Below, piece after piece: positions 1 through 8,169 of a stretch of 32,000 bases of DNA; positions within the stretch are counted from its first letter, which is position 1, and each line of letters begins with the position of its first letter. The stretch lies in NCBI GenBank assembly GCA_963778135.1, contig CAVZTC010000009.1:1231826-1263825 (forward strand). Direction: 5' to 3'. Origin of the DNA: an uncultured Actinomycetota bacterium (GTDB lineage Bacteria > Actinomycetota > Actinomycetes > Mycobacteriales > Mycobacteriaceae). Position numbers and translations under genes: made by a program. The notes under the pieces are model-generated. The model was not told where the DNA came from and did no database searches. It saw only the letters and a list, made by a program, of their open reading frames with translations.

Positions 1-310
1 CCATCCGCGGTCGCAGCTCCACTAGCGCCTCGCGCTCCGAGAATGGGACCTGCAGCCCGACGCCGGTGGAAAGCTGGATCAGGATCGGACACCGATCGGC
101 GATCAGATCCATTGTCAGGCGGGCGATTCCGAGGTCGGCGGTGGGTGTGTCGTCGCGGTCGCGGAAATGCAGGTGCGCTACGGCCGCACCGGCCCGGTGC
201 GCGTCGTGGACCGCCTGCGCGATCTCGTGCGGCTGGGTGGGCAGCGTCGGGTTGTCGGCCTTGGTGGCGATCGGACCGGTCGGGGCGACGGTGAGCACGA
301 CGCTACTCAT
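1..310 (-). CDS. BKACE-family (3-keto-5-aminohexanoate cleavage enzyme-like, DUF849) protein; N-terminal part only, gene runs off the left edge
   Basis: Absent from the ORF track because it has no stop codon in the window. My minus-strand translation from the ATG at 310-308 reads MSSVVLTVAPTGPIATKADNPTLPTQPHEIAQAVHDAHRAGAAVAHLHFRDRDDTPTADLGIARLTMDLIADRCPILIQLSTG. The VAPTG, LPxxPxEIA and AGAAxxHLHxRD patterns are typical of this family. Its ATG overlaps the TGA of the upstream ALDH gene (ATGA at 307-310), which suggests translational coupling. Confidence 0.7.
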   Translation of the reverse strand, partial: MSSVVLTVAPTGPIATKADNPTLPTQPHEIAQAVHDAHRAGAAVAHLHFRDRDDTPTADLGIARLTMDLIADRCPILIQLSTGVGLQVPFSEREALVELRPRM

Positions 311-1722
311 GCGCCCGGCACTTCCGGGGACGGTCCCCACGGGCCGGAACCGGCGGCGGCGACGTTGACCAACTTGCGATTGACGAACTCGCCGAAGCCC
401 AATTCGGCCAGTTCCCGGCCGAACCCGGAACGTTTCACCCCGCCGAACGGCAATTCCGGTGCGGTCCAGGCCGGTTGGTTGACGAACACCATGCCACTGT
501 CGAGCTGTGCGGCGACCTTTCTCCCCCGCGCGGTGTCGGCGGTGAAGACCGACGCCCCCAGGCCGAATGGGGTGTCGTTGGCAAGCGCGATCGCGTCCGC
601 CTCGGTGTCGACCACGTAGAACGCGGCGACGGGACCGAAGAACTCGGTGTGGTGGGCGGCGTTCGCTTCGTCGATCCCGGTCAGGACGGTGGGCTCGAGG
701 TAAAAGCCCGGGCGGTCGACGCGTGCACCGCCCACGACGACGCGCGCGCCGCCCTTCTCCGCCAGTTGGATCTGCTCGAGCAACAGGTCCAGCGCGCGCT
801 GCGAGGACACCGGCCCCAGGGTGGTGGCGAGATCCATTGGGTCTCCGGCCCGCAGCGCCGCCATCTGCTCGCTGAAGGCGCGGAGTGCGGCGTCGCCGCG
901 GTCCTGGCCGACGACGATGATGCGCTTCGACCCCACGCAGCACTGCCCGGTGTTGAACATCCGGCCGAAGACGGCCGATTGCACCGCGTGGTCCAGGTCC
1001 GCGTCCTCCAGGATGATCAGGGGGTCGCTGCCGCCCAGCTCCAGCACGACCTTCTTCAGGTTGCGACCCGCGTGCTCGGCCACCGCGGCGCCGGCGCGCT
1101 CGCTGCCGGTTATCGTCACCGCGGCCACCCGCGGATCGGCGATCACGCGCGCCGCCTGCTCGTGCGTGCAGAAGATGTTGGTGTACACCCCCTCTGGGGC
1201 GCCGGCCTCGGCCATCAGGCGCGCCCACCCCAGAGCGCAGTGCGGCACGCTTTCGGCGTGCTTGACCACCACCACGTTGCCCGCGAGCAGCTGCGGTGCG
1301 GCCACTCGGGCGACCTGGTAGTACGGGAAATTCCACGGCTCAATCGCAAAGATCACGCCGATCGGCTCGGTCAACACAACCGCCCCGGGCGATTCCGGCA
1401 ATTCTCTTGGCGCCATGAGGGTTTCGGTGCGGTCCGCGTAGTAGTCGAGTATCGACGCGGCCAGCTCCACCTCAGCCTCGGCGGTGCCGATCAACTTGCC
1501 GGTCTCCAGCGTCATGCGGTGGGCATGCACCGCGGCGTTCGCGCGCAGTTCGACAGCCGCCGCCTTGAGGATGTCGGCCCGCTCCCGCACCGGGCGGTGG
1601 CGCCAGTCGGTTGCCCATGCGGTGTGGGCGGTGTCCAGGCGCTCGTCGAGTTCCTGGTCGCGCAGGGTGTCGAAGCTGCAGAGCTGTTCGCCCGTGGCCG
1701 GGTTGATTGTGCTGTATCCCAT
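307..1722 (-). CDS. NAD(P)-dependent aldehyde dehydrogenase, succinate-semialdehyde dehydrogenase-like
   Basis: 471-aa ORF with aldehyde dehydrogenase hallmarks: EPWNFPYYQ, ITGSERAG, catalytic Glu in VLELGGSDP, catalytic Cys in FNTGQCCVGSKR, and C-terminal PFGGVKRSGFGRE. Confidence 0.9.
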   Translation of the reverse strand: MGYSTINPATGEQLCSFDTLRDQELDERLDTAHTAWATDWRHRPVRERADILKAAAVELRANAAVHAHRMTLETGKLIGTAEAEVELAASILDYYADRTETLMAPRELPESPGAVVLTEPIGVIFAIEPWNFPYYQVARVAAPQLLAGNVVVVKHAESVPHCALGWARLMAEAGAPEGVYTNIFCTHEQAARVIADPRVAAVTITGSERAGAAVAEHAGRNLKKVVLELGGSDPLIILEDADLDHAVQSAVFGRMFNTGQCCVGSKRIIVVGQDRGDAALRAFSEQMAALRAGDPMDLATTLGPVSSQRALDLLLEQIQLAEKGGARVVVGGARVDRPGFYLEPTVLTGIDEANAAHHTEFFGPVAAFYVVDTEADAIALANDTPFGLGASVFTADTARGRKVAAQLDSGMVFVNQPAWTAPELPFGGVKRSGFGRELAELGFGEFVNRKLVNVAAAGSGPWGPSPEVPGA

Positions 1723-1829
1723 GGTGTTTCGCCTGTCGAGTAGGTCGAGAAGATGGTGGGCTCACGCGTGGCGCGCCGAGGGCGCGTCTGGTGTTGGCAC
1801 GGCAACGCCGCGACCTCGGCGCCGCGCGA

Positions 1830-2315
1830 TCAGTTGACGTCGGCGGTTGTTCCCGGGGCCAACGCGAGTTTGACGGGCAGCTTTTCCTGGTGCGAGTAGG
1901 GCGTGGCCTTGTTCTCCGCGACCCAGCGCTTCTCGGCGTGGGATTCGAACGGCGGCGGAATGATGCCCTGCAACGACCACAGGTCGAATGGCGGCTCGGT
2001 GATGGTGAATTCCCAATCGAAGCCCCGGTCGGCGATCCACGGCCTGATCACGCCGTCGACGTGCTGCACCCACCATTGGCGCACCACCGGTCCGGGCAGT
2101 GTGCGGGCCATCTGGTCGATGTTGATCCTGACGAACTTGTCGTGCGAGTCGCCACCGACGAAGAAGTTGTCCGCCGGGACCTCTTCGAACAGCACCACGA
2201 CGTAGAACCTCGGGATCGGGATCGCCTCGTAAATAGACGTGATCGCCGCCGAGAACTGCTTCTTGTCCTCGGAGGTGTATGCCCCTACCGGGTGGTGAAT
2301 CTTCCACAGCGGCAT
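1830..2315 (-). CDS. tautomerase-family protein (Tautomerase_3-like, N-terminal catalytic Pro)
   Basis: 161-aa ORF starting MPLWKIHHPVGAYTSEDKKQFSAAITSIYEAIPIPRFYVVVLFEEVPADNFFVGG. Pro directly after the initiator Met plus the MPLW-I-HP...FYV-V-F pattern fit the putative oxalocrotonate-tautomerase-like family. The overlapping plus-strand ORFs are Arg/Gly-rich antisense artefacts. Confidence 0.65.
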   Translation of the reverse strand: MPLWKIHHPVGAYTSEDKKQFSAAITSIYEAIPIPRFYVVVLFEEVPADNFFVGGDSHDKFVRINIDQMARTLPGPVVRQWWVQHVDGVIRPWIADRGFDWEFTITEPPFDLWSLQGIIPPPFESHAEKRWVAENKATPYSHQEKLPVKLALAPGTTADVN

Positions 2316-2401
2316 GACTTTTCCTCGCTCTCCTGGCTTCCTTGGATATTTTGATGACGCGGACCGCGTTCGGACCGCGGGCGTGACTCGGAGCTACCGG
2401 A

Positions 2402-2415
2402 GTGACTCAGGTCAC
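2402..2415. promoter_or_regulatory. inverted repeat GTGAC-TCAG-GTCAC upstream of the tautomerase gene
   Basis: Seen directly in the sequence, in the 135-bp gap between HxlR-1 and the tautomerase gene. GTGACTC also occurs just upstream. Confidence 0.25.
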
Positions 2416-2450
2416 GTAGCAAGGAGCACAACACACCCCTAGGTCTTAAA

Positions 2451-2801
2451 TCAAGACTGAGTTGTATAGTCAAACTCACTCGGGCCGGGTCGGTGCCGCC
2501 GCCCCCAGGCCTCCAGCGCGGTGAGCGCGGGCGCCAGGGATTGGCCGACCTCGGTCAGGCCGTACTCGTAGCGTGGGGGGTGGTCGCAATATTGACGACG
2601 GCAGACCAGTGCGTGCGCCTCGAGGCGGCGGAGCCGCAGCGCCAACCGATCTCGCGGGACCCCCGTGTTCCGCTGGATGTAGTTGAACCGGTGGGTTCCG
2701 CTGCTGATCTCGTAGAGAACCAACAACGTGCACCGGTCGCCGAGCAAGTTCACCGCCCAGTCGAACGCTGCGTTGCGTGGCGGACGGAGGGGCTCAGTCA
2801 C
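2451..2801 (-). CDS. HxlR-family winged-helix transcriptional regulator
   Basis: 116-aa ORF with GDRCTLLVLYEISSGTHRFNYIQRNTGVPRDRLALRLRRLEAHALVCRRQYCDHPPRYEYGLTEVGQSL. This is the canonical HxlR core (RF..., PPRxEYxLTxxG). Confidence 0.85.
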   Translation of the reverse strand: MTEPLRPPRNAAFDWAVNLLGDRCTLLVLYEISSGTHRFNYIQRNTGVPRDRLALRLRRLEAHALVCRRQYCDHPPRYEYGLTEVGQSLAPALTALEAWGRRHRPGPSEFDYTTQS

Positions 2802-2847
2802 GGCAACCGGGGTCAGCGTCGAACATATTACGAGCGTCTCATATCTA

Positions 2848-2860
2848 GACTCAGTTGCAA
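2848..2860. promoter_or_regulatory. second copy of the ACTCAGTTGC motif (GACTCAGTTGCAA) between the two HxlR genes
   Basis: Seen directly in the sequence. It lies 41 bp upstream of the palindrome at 2889-2901. Confidence 0.3.
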
Positions 2861-2878
2861 AGACGAACGACGAATTGA

Positions 2879-3457
2879 GTGCTGAATTGCAACTCAGTTG
2901 CTATTCTTCACTGCGTGAAGCGAGAACTGTCCGGCTGGCCTTGCTCGGTCGCTCGTGCGGTCGCGGTGTTCGGCGACGCGTGGACGCTGATGATCTTGCG
3001 TGACTGCATGCATGGCGTGACGCGGTTCGACGAGTTCCAGAAGTCCCTGCAGATCGCGCGCAATACGCTCTCCGACCGGCTGTCCGGGTTGGTGGACGCG
3101 GGCGTGCTGACCAAGCGGTTCTACCAGGACAATCCGCCGCGGTATGAGTACCTGCTCAGTGACATGGGCCGCGATCTCTTCCCGGTGATTTCGGCGATGC
3201 TCGCGTGGGGCGATAAGTGGCTCGACGAGGGCGCGGGGGCTCCGGTGCGCCTGTACCACGAGACGTGCGGCCACGACGTGGAGCCGCAGGTGGTGTGCGC
3301 GCACTGCGGCAACCCGTTCGCCGCCGACGACGTGCAATTCTGCGTCGGGCCGGGCTTCCCCGAGACAGTGGAGTGCGGCACCGACTTCAGGCATCGGCTC
3401 GCCGCTTCGCCCGGGGCCGAAGGAGGTCGGCCCCACGCCCACCGCGCGGCCTCCTGA
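2879..3457 (+). CDS. HxlR-family transcriptional regulator with a ~70-aa Cys/His-rich C-terminal extension
   Basis: HxlR core: CSVARAVAVFGDAWTLMILRDCMHGVTRFDEFQKSLQIARNTLSDRLSGLVDAGVLTKRFYQDNPPRYEYLLSDMGRDLFPVISAMLAWGDKW. A tail follows, containing HETCGHDVEPQVVCAHCGNPF. The ORF track starts at GTG 2879. An in-frame GTG at 2915 (VKRELSGWPC...) is an equally plausible start and would leave the palindromes at 2848-2901 in the promoter. Confidence 0.8.
   Translation: MLNCNSVAILHCVKRELSGWPCSVARAVAVFGDAWTLMILRDCMHGVTRFDEFQKSLQIARNTLSDRLSGLVDAGVLTKRFYQDNPPRYEYLLSDMGRDLFPVISAMLAWGDKWLDEGAGAPVRLYHETCGHDVEPQVVCAHCGNPFAADDVQFCVGPGFPETVECGTDFRHRLAASPGAEGGRPHAHRAAS
2889..2901. promoter_or_regulatory. 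perfect palindrome GCAAC-TCA-GTTGC in the divergent HxlR intergenic region (candidate operator)
   Basis: Seen directly in the sequence. The core ACTCAGTTGC recurs at 2849-2858, and its complement GACTGAGTTG occurs at 2455-2464. Confidence 0.35.
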
Positions 3458-3459
3458 GC

Positions 3460-3467
3460 GGGGGGGG
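3460..3467. repeat. G8 homopolymer tract
   Basis: GCGGGGGGGGCC lies 3 nt after the HxlR-2 stop codon (3455-3457) and 45 nt before the first possible start of the FHA-cyclase gene. Confidence 0.9.
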
Positions 3468-3511
3468 CCTGACCAACGCTGTATTGTCTGCACCGACATC
3501 CGACGCCAGGC

Positions 3512-4576
3512 TTGAAGGACTGCCGTGACCTCAACGGACCAACGGATCAACCGCGCTTCGCGTTTGGTGCGCTGAACGGCGAGCGATCGCGATGGTTCCT
3601 GCCGACATGCCCGACAGAGCAACCCGACCAGCCGCCCGCCCACCTTGTTGTGGGAGACGAAGGCTCGGGACGCAGCGTGCCGATTTTCGACCAGCTGTAC
3701 GTCGGCCGGGAATGCGCGGGGATCAGCGAGGGACGCCGCCTGGTGATCGACGACCCCGAGATCTCCCGTACCCACCTGGAGATCCGGCTGGACGCCGCGC
3801 GCGATCAGGCTTTCGTGATCGACACCAGCACCAACGGTACGTCGCTCAATGGCGCGCGGCTGGAGCGCGCGGTTCCGGTGCCGATCAGACCGGGCGATCA
3901 GATGAGGATCGGCGACCACGCGCTGACCTTCCGGTCGCAGCGGTTCACGGCTATCAGAAAGACAACCCCGCGGCGCACGCTGGCCCGGATCGGCAAGTCC
4001 GCGCTGGTGATGGTGGTCGGCGACATCGTCAACTATTCGACGATTTCGCAGGTCACGGACGAGGGCGTGATGGCGCAAAGCCTGCACACCCTGTGGCATC
4101 GGCTGGCCGGAGTCCTGGCCGACTATCAGGGAACGCTGAGCCATTTCGCCGGCGACGCGCTGTTCGCGGTGTGGGAGCTGGGCAGGTTCCCGGACGCGGC
4201 CGGGCTGGCGATCGACTTTGCGCTGACCGGGAACCGGCTTGTCGAGGAACTCGCACCCGAGCTGCCGTTGCGCGGCCCGGACGGCGCGCCGATCCACATG
4301 GGCTGGGGTGTTGTGCAGGGTACCGCCGCCCAGGCCGCGATGAGCCGGGCGACCGACGCGGTGATCGGCGACTCGGCGAACGTGGCGTTCCGGTTGGCGG
4401 GGCTGGCCGGCCGCCAGGGTCGGGCGGCGGTGCTGGTGACCACCTCCGTGCGCATCGCCGTTTCGGCACAGTTCAAGTGGGGCGAGGGCGAGCGGGTCGA
4501 GATCAAGGGCCGACGCGGGACGGAGGCCGTCTACCCCGTTACCGAGCGCGACACGTCCGGGACGGCGCCGGCATAA
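3512..4576 (+). CDS. FHA domain-containing class III adenylate/guanylate cyclase
   Basis: The N-terminal FHA signature is LYVGRE...ISRTHLEIRLD...FVIDTSTNGTSLNG...IRPGDQMRIGDHALTF. The cyclase homology domain is ALVMVVGDIVNYS...FAGDALFAVWE...IGDSANVAFRLAG...VEIKGRRGTEAVY. The start is uncertain; TTG 3512 is the first start codon in the frame. Confidence 0.85.
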   Translation: MKDCRDLNGPTDQPRFAFGALNGERSRWFLPTCPTEQPDQPPAHLVVGDEGSGRSVPIFDQLYVGRECAGISEGRRLVIDDPEISRTHLEIRLDAARDQAFVIDTSTNGTSLNGARLERAVPVPIRPGDQMRIGDHALTFRSQRFTAIRKTTPRRTLARIGKSALVMVVGDIVNYSTISQVTDEGVMAQSLHTLWHRLAGVLADYQGTLSHFAGDALFAVWELGRFPDAAGLAIDFALTGNRLVEELAPELPLRGPDGAPIHMGWGVVQGTAAQAAMSRATDAVIGDSANVAFRLAGLAGRQGRAAVLVTTSVRIAVSAQFKWGEGERVEIKGRRGTEAVYPVTERDTSGTAPA

Positions 4577-5895
4577 GGGGACGTGACGCCGCCGCGTTGA
4601 GGTAGCCGCGCCCCGGCCAGAATCCGGCCGGCCACCAGCGCGGTCACCATCACGCCGACACCGACCAGTCCGTCGTCCTTGAGGCCCCACTTCACCGACG
4701 CCAGGATCGCCGCCCCCGCCACGCACAGCAGCGCGCCGACGCCCACGCCGCGCCCGACCGACGTGATGTCGGGGGCGCCGTCCCAACCGGGCAACCGGTT
4801 GTTCTCCAGCGGGCGCAAGGCCATGAACAGCACCGCCACCACGGCGATCATGATGAGCAGCTGCGCGACGCTGATCGCGGCGAAATGCTGCTGCCCGGGG
4901 TAGCGAGGGTAGCTCAGCTGATCGAAGAGCAGGTGCACGCACAGCAGCGCCGGCATATGCCAGAGATAGATGGTCATGGCACCGGAGTTGCCGACCGCCG
5001 TCCACCACCACACGCGTGGCCGCCGCGCCCACCGGGCGATCGCGGGTGCCGCCGCGATTGCCAACGCGCTCAACACGATTGAGTGCCCGGCGAGCAGCAG
5101 CGACGGTGGGCTGATGTTGGCAAGACGCTGGCCCGAGATGCCCACCAGGCTCAGGTCGTACGGCCCCCACCGCACCAGCGCGACATCGACGGCAAAGAAC
5201 GCCGCGGCGATCCCCAGCGCGGCGCGGCCGGAGAGCAGCTGGCGCCGGTAGGCGACGCCGAACATGGCCGGGATGAGCCAGACCGCGAAGTTGACGTAAC
5301 CGATTGGGGCCGAGGCGGGCCAGTGCAACCGGATCGCGTCGTCTGCCGCGACGATCCCGCAGACCGTCACCAAACCCGCGGCGAGGCGGGCAGTGGTGGT
5401 GATCCGGAACAGCACCGGGATCGCGGCCAGCACCAGCACGTAGACGCCGAGGAACCAGAGCAACTGAATGCTGACCCCGGCGATCGGGTCGTACACGTGC
5501 CTGGGCAGCACTCGAATCAGGACCGTTAGCGCGACCGCCCAAAACGCGAGGTAGTAAAACACCGGCCGAAATAGCCTGGTGCAGCGCTTCATCAGCCAGC
5601 CGCCCCAGCTCGTGCCCGGTCGCCACGACGACACGCACGCCGCGGCGCCGGCGAAAAAGAACAGCGGCATGATCTGAAAAATCCAGGTCAGTGCTTGAAA
5701 CGTGGTCGAAGTGGTGAGCAGGTTGTCCCAATGGAGCACGCCGTTGCGGATGACGCTGACGGCCATCACGGTGTGGCCGAGCACCACACCGATCAGGCTT
5801 ACGATGCGGATCACGTCGATTGCGCGGTCGCGATCGGCCGGGGTGTCTTCCGCCAGCTCGGCGGGGCTGGGAAAGCCCATGAGAGTTGAGGTCAC
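4531..5895 (-). CDS. acyltransferase family 3 integral membrane protein
   Basis: 454-aa, strongly hydrophobic multi-pass ORF. The N-terminus (DRAIDVIRIVSLIGVVLGHT) matches the conserved acyltransferase_3 R..D..R......V...H motif. Its 3' end overlaps the convergent cyclase gene by 46 bp. Confidence 0.8.
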   Translation of the reverse strand: MTSTLMGFPSPAELAEDTPADRDRAIDVIRIVSLIGVVLGHTVMAVSVIRNGVLHWDNLLTTSTTFQALTWIFQIMPLFFFAGAAACVSSWRPGTSWGGWLMKRCTRLFRPVFYYLAFWAVALTVLIRVLPRHVYDPIAGVSIQLLWFLGVYVLVLAAIPVLFRITTTARLAAGLVTVCGIVAADDAIRLHWPASAPIGYVNFAVWLIPAMFGVAYRRQLLSGRAALGIAAAFFAVDVALVRWGPYDLSLVGISGQRLANISPPSLLLAGHSIVLSALAIAAAPAIARWARRPRVWWWTAVGNSGAMTIYLWHMPALLCVHLLFDQLSYPRYPGQQHFAAISVAQLLIMIAVVAVLFMALRPLENNRLPGWDGAPDITSVGRGVGVGALLCVAGAAILASVKWGLKDDGLVGVGVMVTALVAGRILAGARLPQRGGVTSPYAGAVPDVSRSVTG

Positions 5896-6547
5896 CCAAA
5901 AAGGATCGCGGACGGGACGGTGCCCGCGCCTGCGTAGAACTACCTGTCTCTAGGCCGCGATCGTTCGCAAAATGCGCGTTTACCGGTGTCCACGGCGCCG
6001 AACCGGTGCGGCGGGCGTGGGCATGCGCCGGGCCGCGGTGCTCGGCGATGCGGCCTATGGTGCTGGCAAGCTGCTGACCAGTGCCGGCGCGTAGATTCTT
6101 AGCAACGTTCAGCCGCCGAGCGCACCAGGCGGCCGGTTCACCATCGACCCGAACGCAGTGACCTCCGCGATCCGCCCCGCCGAAATCGGGTTGCGGTACG
6201 GCCATGGGGTGGCGATTCTGGTTCGGCAGCCCGCGCACCGCGCCGAACTGGCCACCGCCGGGAACGCCGTGGAGTCATCATCGACGGCCCCGGTGATCAG
6301 CCGGGCTTCGCTGTCACCATCGGAAGCACCCGCATCGCCGATGCCGCCCGACGGTGCGTAGTTAACCGCGATGACGGGACCCTGGTGTTCCTCGACGGCA
6401 CCGAGCTGGCGGCCTGCCCGACATAGGTCTGTTGGACAACGGTATCGTCCGACACGGAAGACCCCCCCTAACTAATTGCTGAGGACCGCGGAGGCAAGTG
6501 AAGCGTCGCCGCGCAGCCTCAGTGCTCAACGATCAGGAGCTGAGCCG

Positions 6548-6778
6548 GTGAGCGTCAACCCATTTGACGACGACAATGGCAGCTTCTTCGTCTTGATCAA
6601 TGACGAAGAGCAGCATAGCTTGTGGCCAACCTTTGCCGATGTCCCCGCCGGTTGGCGGGTGGTCTTCGGCGAGGCGGCGCGGGCCGAATGCCTGGACTAC
6701 ATCGAACAGAACTGGCCCGATATCCGGCCCAAGAGTCTGCGTGACCGCCTTGCCCGGCAACAGTCCGGTGGTGCGTAA
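6548..6778 (+). CDS. mbtH: MbtH-family NRPS accessory protein
   Basis: The sequence [60 protein letters not shown] is the MbtH signature with its three conserved Trp. The ORF track opens at 6476. I prefer the in-frame GTG at 6548, preceded by AGGAG at 6535-6539, which gives the usual ~76 aa. Confidence 0.9.
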   Translation: MSVNPFDDDNGSFFVLINDEEQHSLWPTFADVPAGWRVVFGEAARAECLDYIEQNWPDIRPKSLRDRLARQQSGGA

Positions 6779-7182
6779 ATACTGTTACGCCGTACACCCA
6801 CACCTGGTTACTTGAGGCTTCCTGCTCGGGGCTTTGGTAACGGACACGCGGCACCGCGCCCGCACGACTGATTGCTCCTGACAGGTAATCGATCGCGCAG
6901 GTCGCTTCGGCGTGAACGACGCGACCGTCCGGATCATCGACGGGCTCACTGGCTGTCACAGCGGGGGTTGGCCGGTCGGGATCGTCGGGATTATCACGGA
7001 TCGCGAGATGGGAAATGAGCGGACCGGATCCGGCATCGATTGTGTTTGCTGACGACACGCATTATTGGCATCGGTGTTGTTAGCATTTTCGGGCTGCCGC
7101 GTTTGCGTTCGGCATCTGAATATGAATTCATTATGATGACTTCGCGAACGTGCTAGTTCATCCCTGACCTCACCAAGCGGCG

Positions 7183-8052
7183 TCACCATTTTCCGAGCGG
7201 TTCAGAGCTGGACCCCATTGGTTGGATAGTCCGCTGCGGTTCGCAGGTTGAGACCTGCTGCTGGTAGACCTCGTCAGGAGTGCGGCGGTTCAGGGCGTGT
7301 TGGCCTTGTCGGCTGTTGTAGAACTCGAAGTAGTGCGCCCAGGCCAGGAGGGGCGTGGCCAGGCCTCCTCGTATTTGACGCCGCGCCAATGCCGTTCAAT
7401 GAATACATTGTCCGTCCCACACGCCCCGACCAGCCATGCTGATAGTGATGCCGTGGTAATTGAGCACGCCGGTGAATGCCTCGCTGGTGAATTGCGAGCC
7501 TTGGTTCGGCGCATCAATGCAGAAACTGGTTGACCATCGTGTTGGACGGCCGCCGGCACAGCAACTTGCGCGAGTACCGGTCCATGGCTGCAACGATGTG
7601 CATGAAGCCGTTGGGCCATCGGCAGATAAGTTATGTCCGCGCAACAGATCTGGTGGGAACAGTCGTTCCAGCGCGCGCAGCAGGTACGGGTAGATCCACT
7701 GCCCTACTGCCGGGATCGTGGTCTGTCGCATCGGATACAACCCAGCTAGCCGCATGATGCGCATCGGCGCACCACCTTTATACGATTGACCACCAAGGCG
7801 TCGCCGACGAGGGCGTCGACGATGCGTCGACTGCCGAAAAAACGGCTGGATCAGCTGGATTTCATCGATCCTGAGGCCCTCGATCTAAGAATTGCCCTCC
7901 ATCGTCAGCTCACCGATCTTGACGTGCAGCCCCTTCTGCTCTTCGGCCAACGCCGCCAACGCCGCCAACGCCGCCTTGGCGTTGAACTGCGTCGAATGAT
8001 TCCTACGCTTGCGCCTTGCCGCGAGATGCTCCCTCGTCCGTTCACCCGTCAT
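7183..8052 (-). mobile_element. decayed IS3-family insertion sequence (orfA and orfB remnants, multiple frameshifts and internal deletion)
   Basis: The minus-strand orfB pieces are spread over three frames. One is RIMRLAGLYPMRQTT...IYPYLLR...DAPNQGSQFTSEAFTGVLNYHGITISMAGRG (7396..7764). Another is DNVFIERHWRGVKYEE (within 7290..7619). The third is YFEFYNSRQGQHALNRRTPDEVY (7183..7389). My translation of 8052-7890 gives an orfA remnant, MTGERTREHLAARRKRRNHSTQFNAKAALAAL...LHVKIGELTMEGNS*, which lacks the middle of orfA. The terminal inverted repeats could not be identified, so the element boundaries are approximate. Confidence 0.75.
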
Positions 8053-8169
8053 CGAAGCAGCCCCTATTTAATCGATTGTCAAAAATTGCGGGCCCGTCTC
8101 TGTTCCGGTATGGCGTGGACTTGTCTACGATGAGGCGTCCTATTTGCCCACATAGGGAGGAGTGAGTAC

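Noticed and set aside
2894-6238. 1114-aa minus-strand ORF, the second-longest in the track
   Set aside because: It is Arg/Pro/Gly/His-rich, low-complexity translation that lies antisense or out of frame to four well-supported genes (HxlR-2, FHA-cyclase, acyltransferase and others). This is a typical stop-codon-poor shadow frame of high-GC DNA, and it contains no recognisable motif.
5896-6547. 650-bp gap between the acyltransferase and mbtH, with small ORFs 5886..6077 and 6158..6361
   Set aside because: I read all six frames by eye and recognised no protein family. Fragments such as GRQLGAVEEHQGPVIAVNYAPSGG on the minus strand might be gene debris, but I cannot support a call.
6597-7058. 153-aa minus-strand ORF downstream of mbtH
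   Set aside because: Its last ~180 nt lie antisense to the well-supported mbtH gene. I could find no recognisable motif or RBS. The 6779-7182 interval is left uncalled.
7786-8133. 115-aa plus-strand ORF
   Set aside because: It lies antisense to the IS3 orfA remnant, whose minus-strand translation has recognisable IS3 motifs. The plus-strand product is Arg/Leu-rich with no motif.
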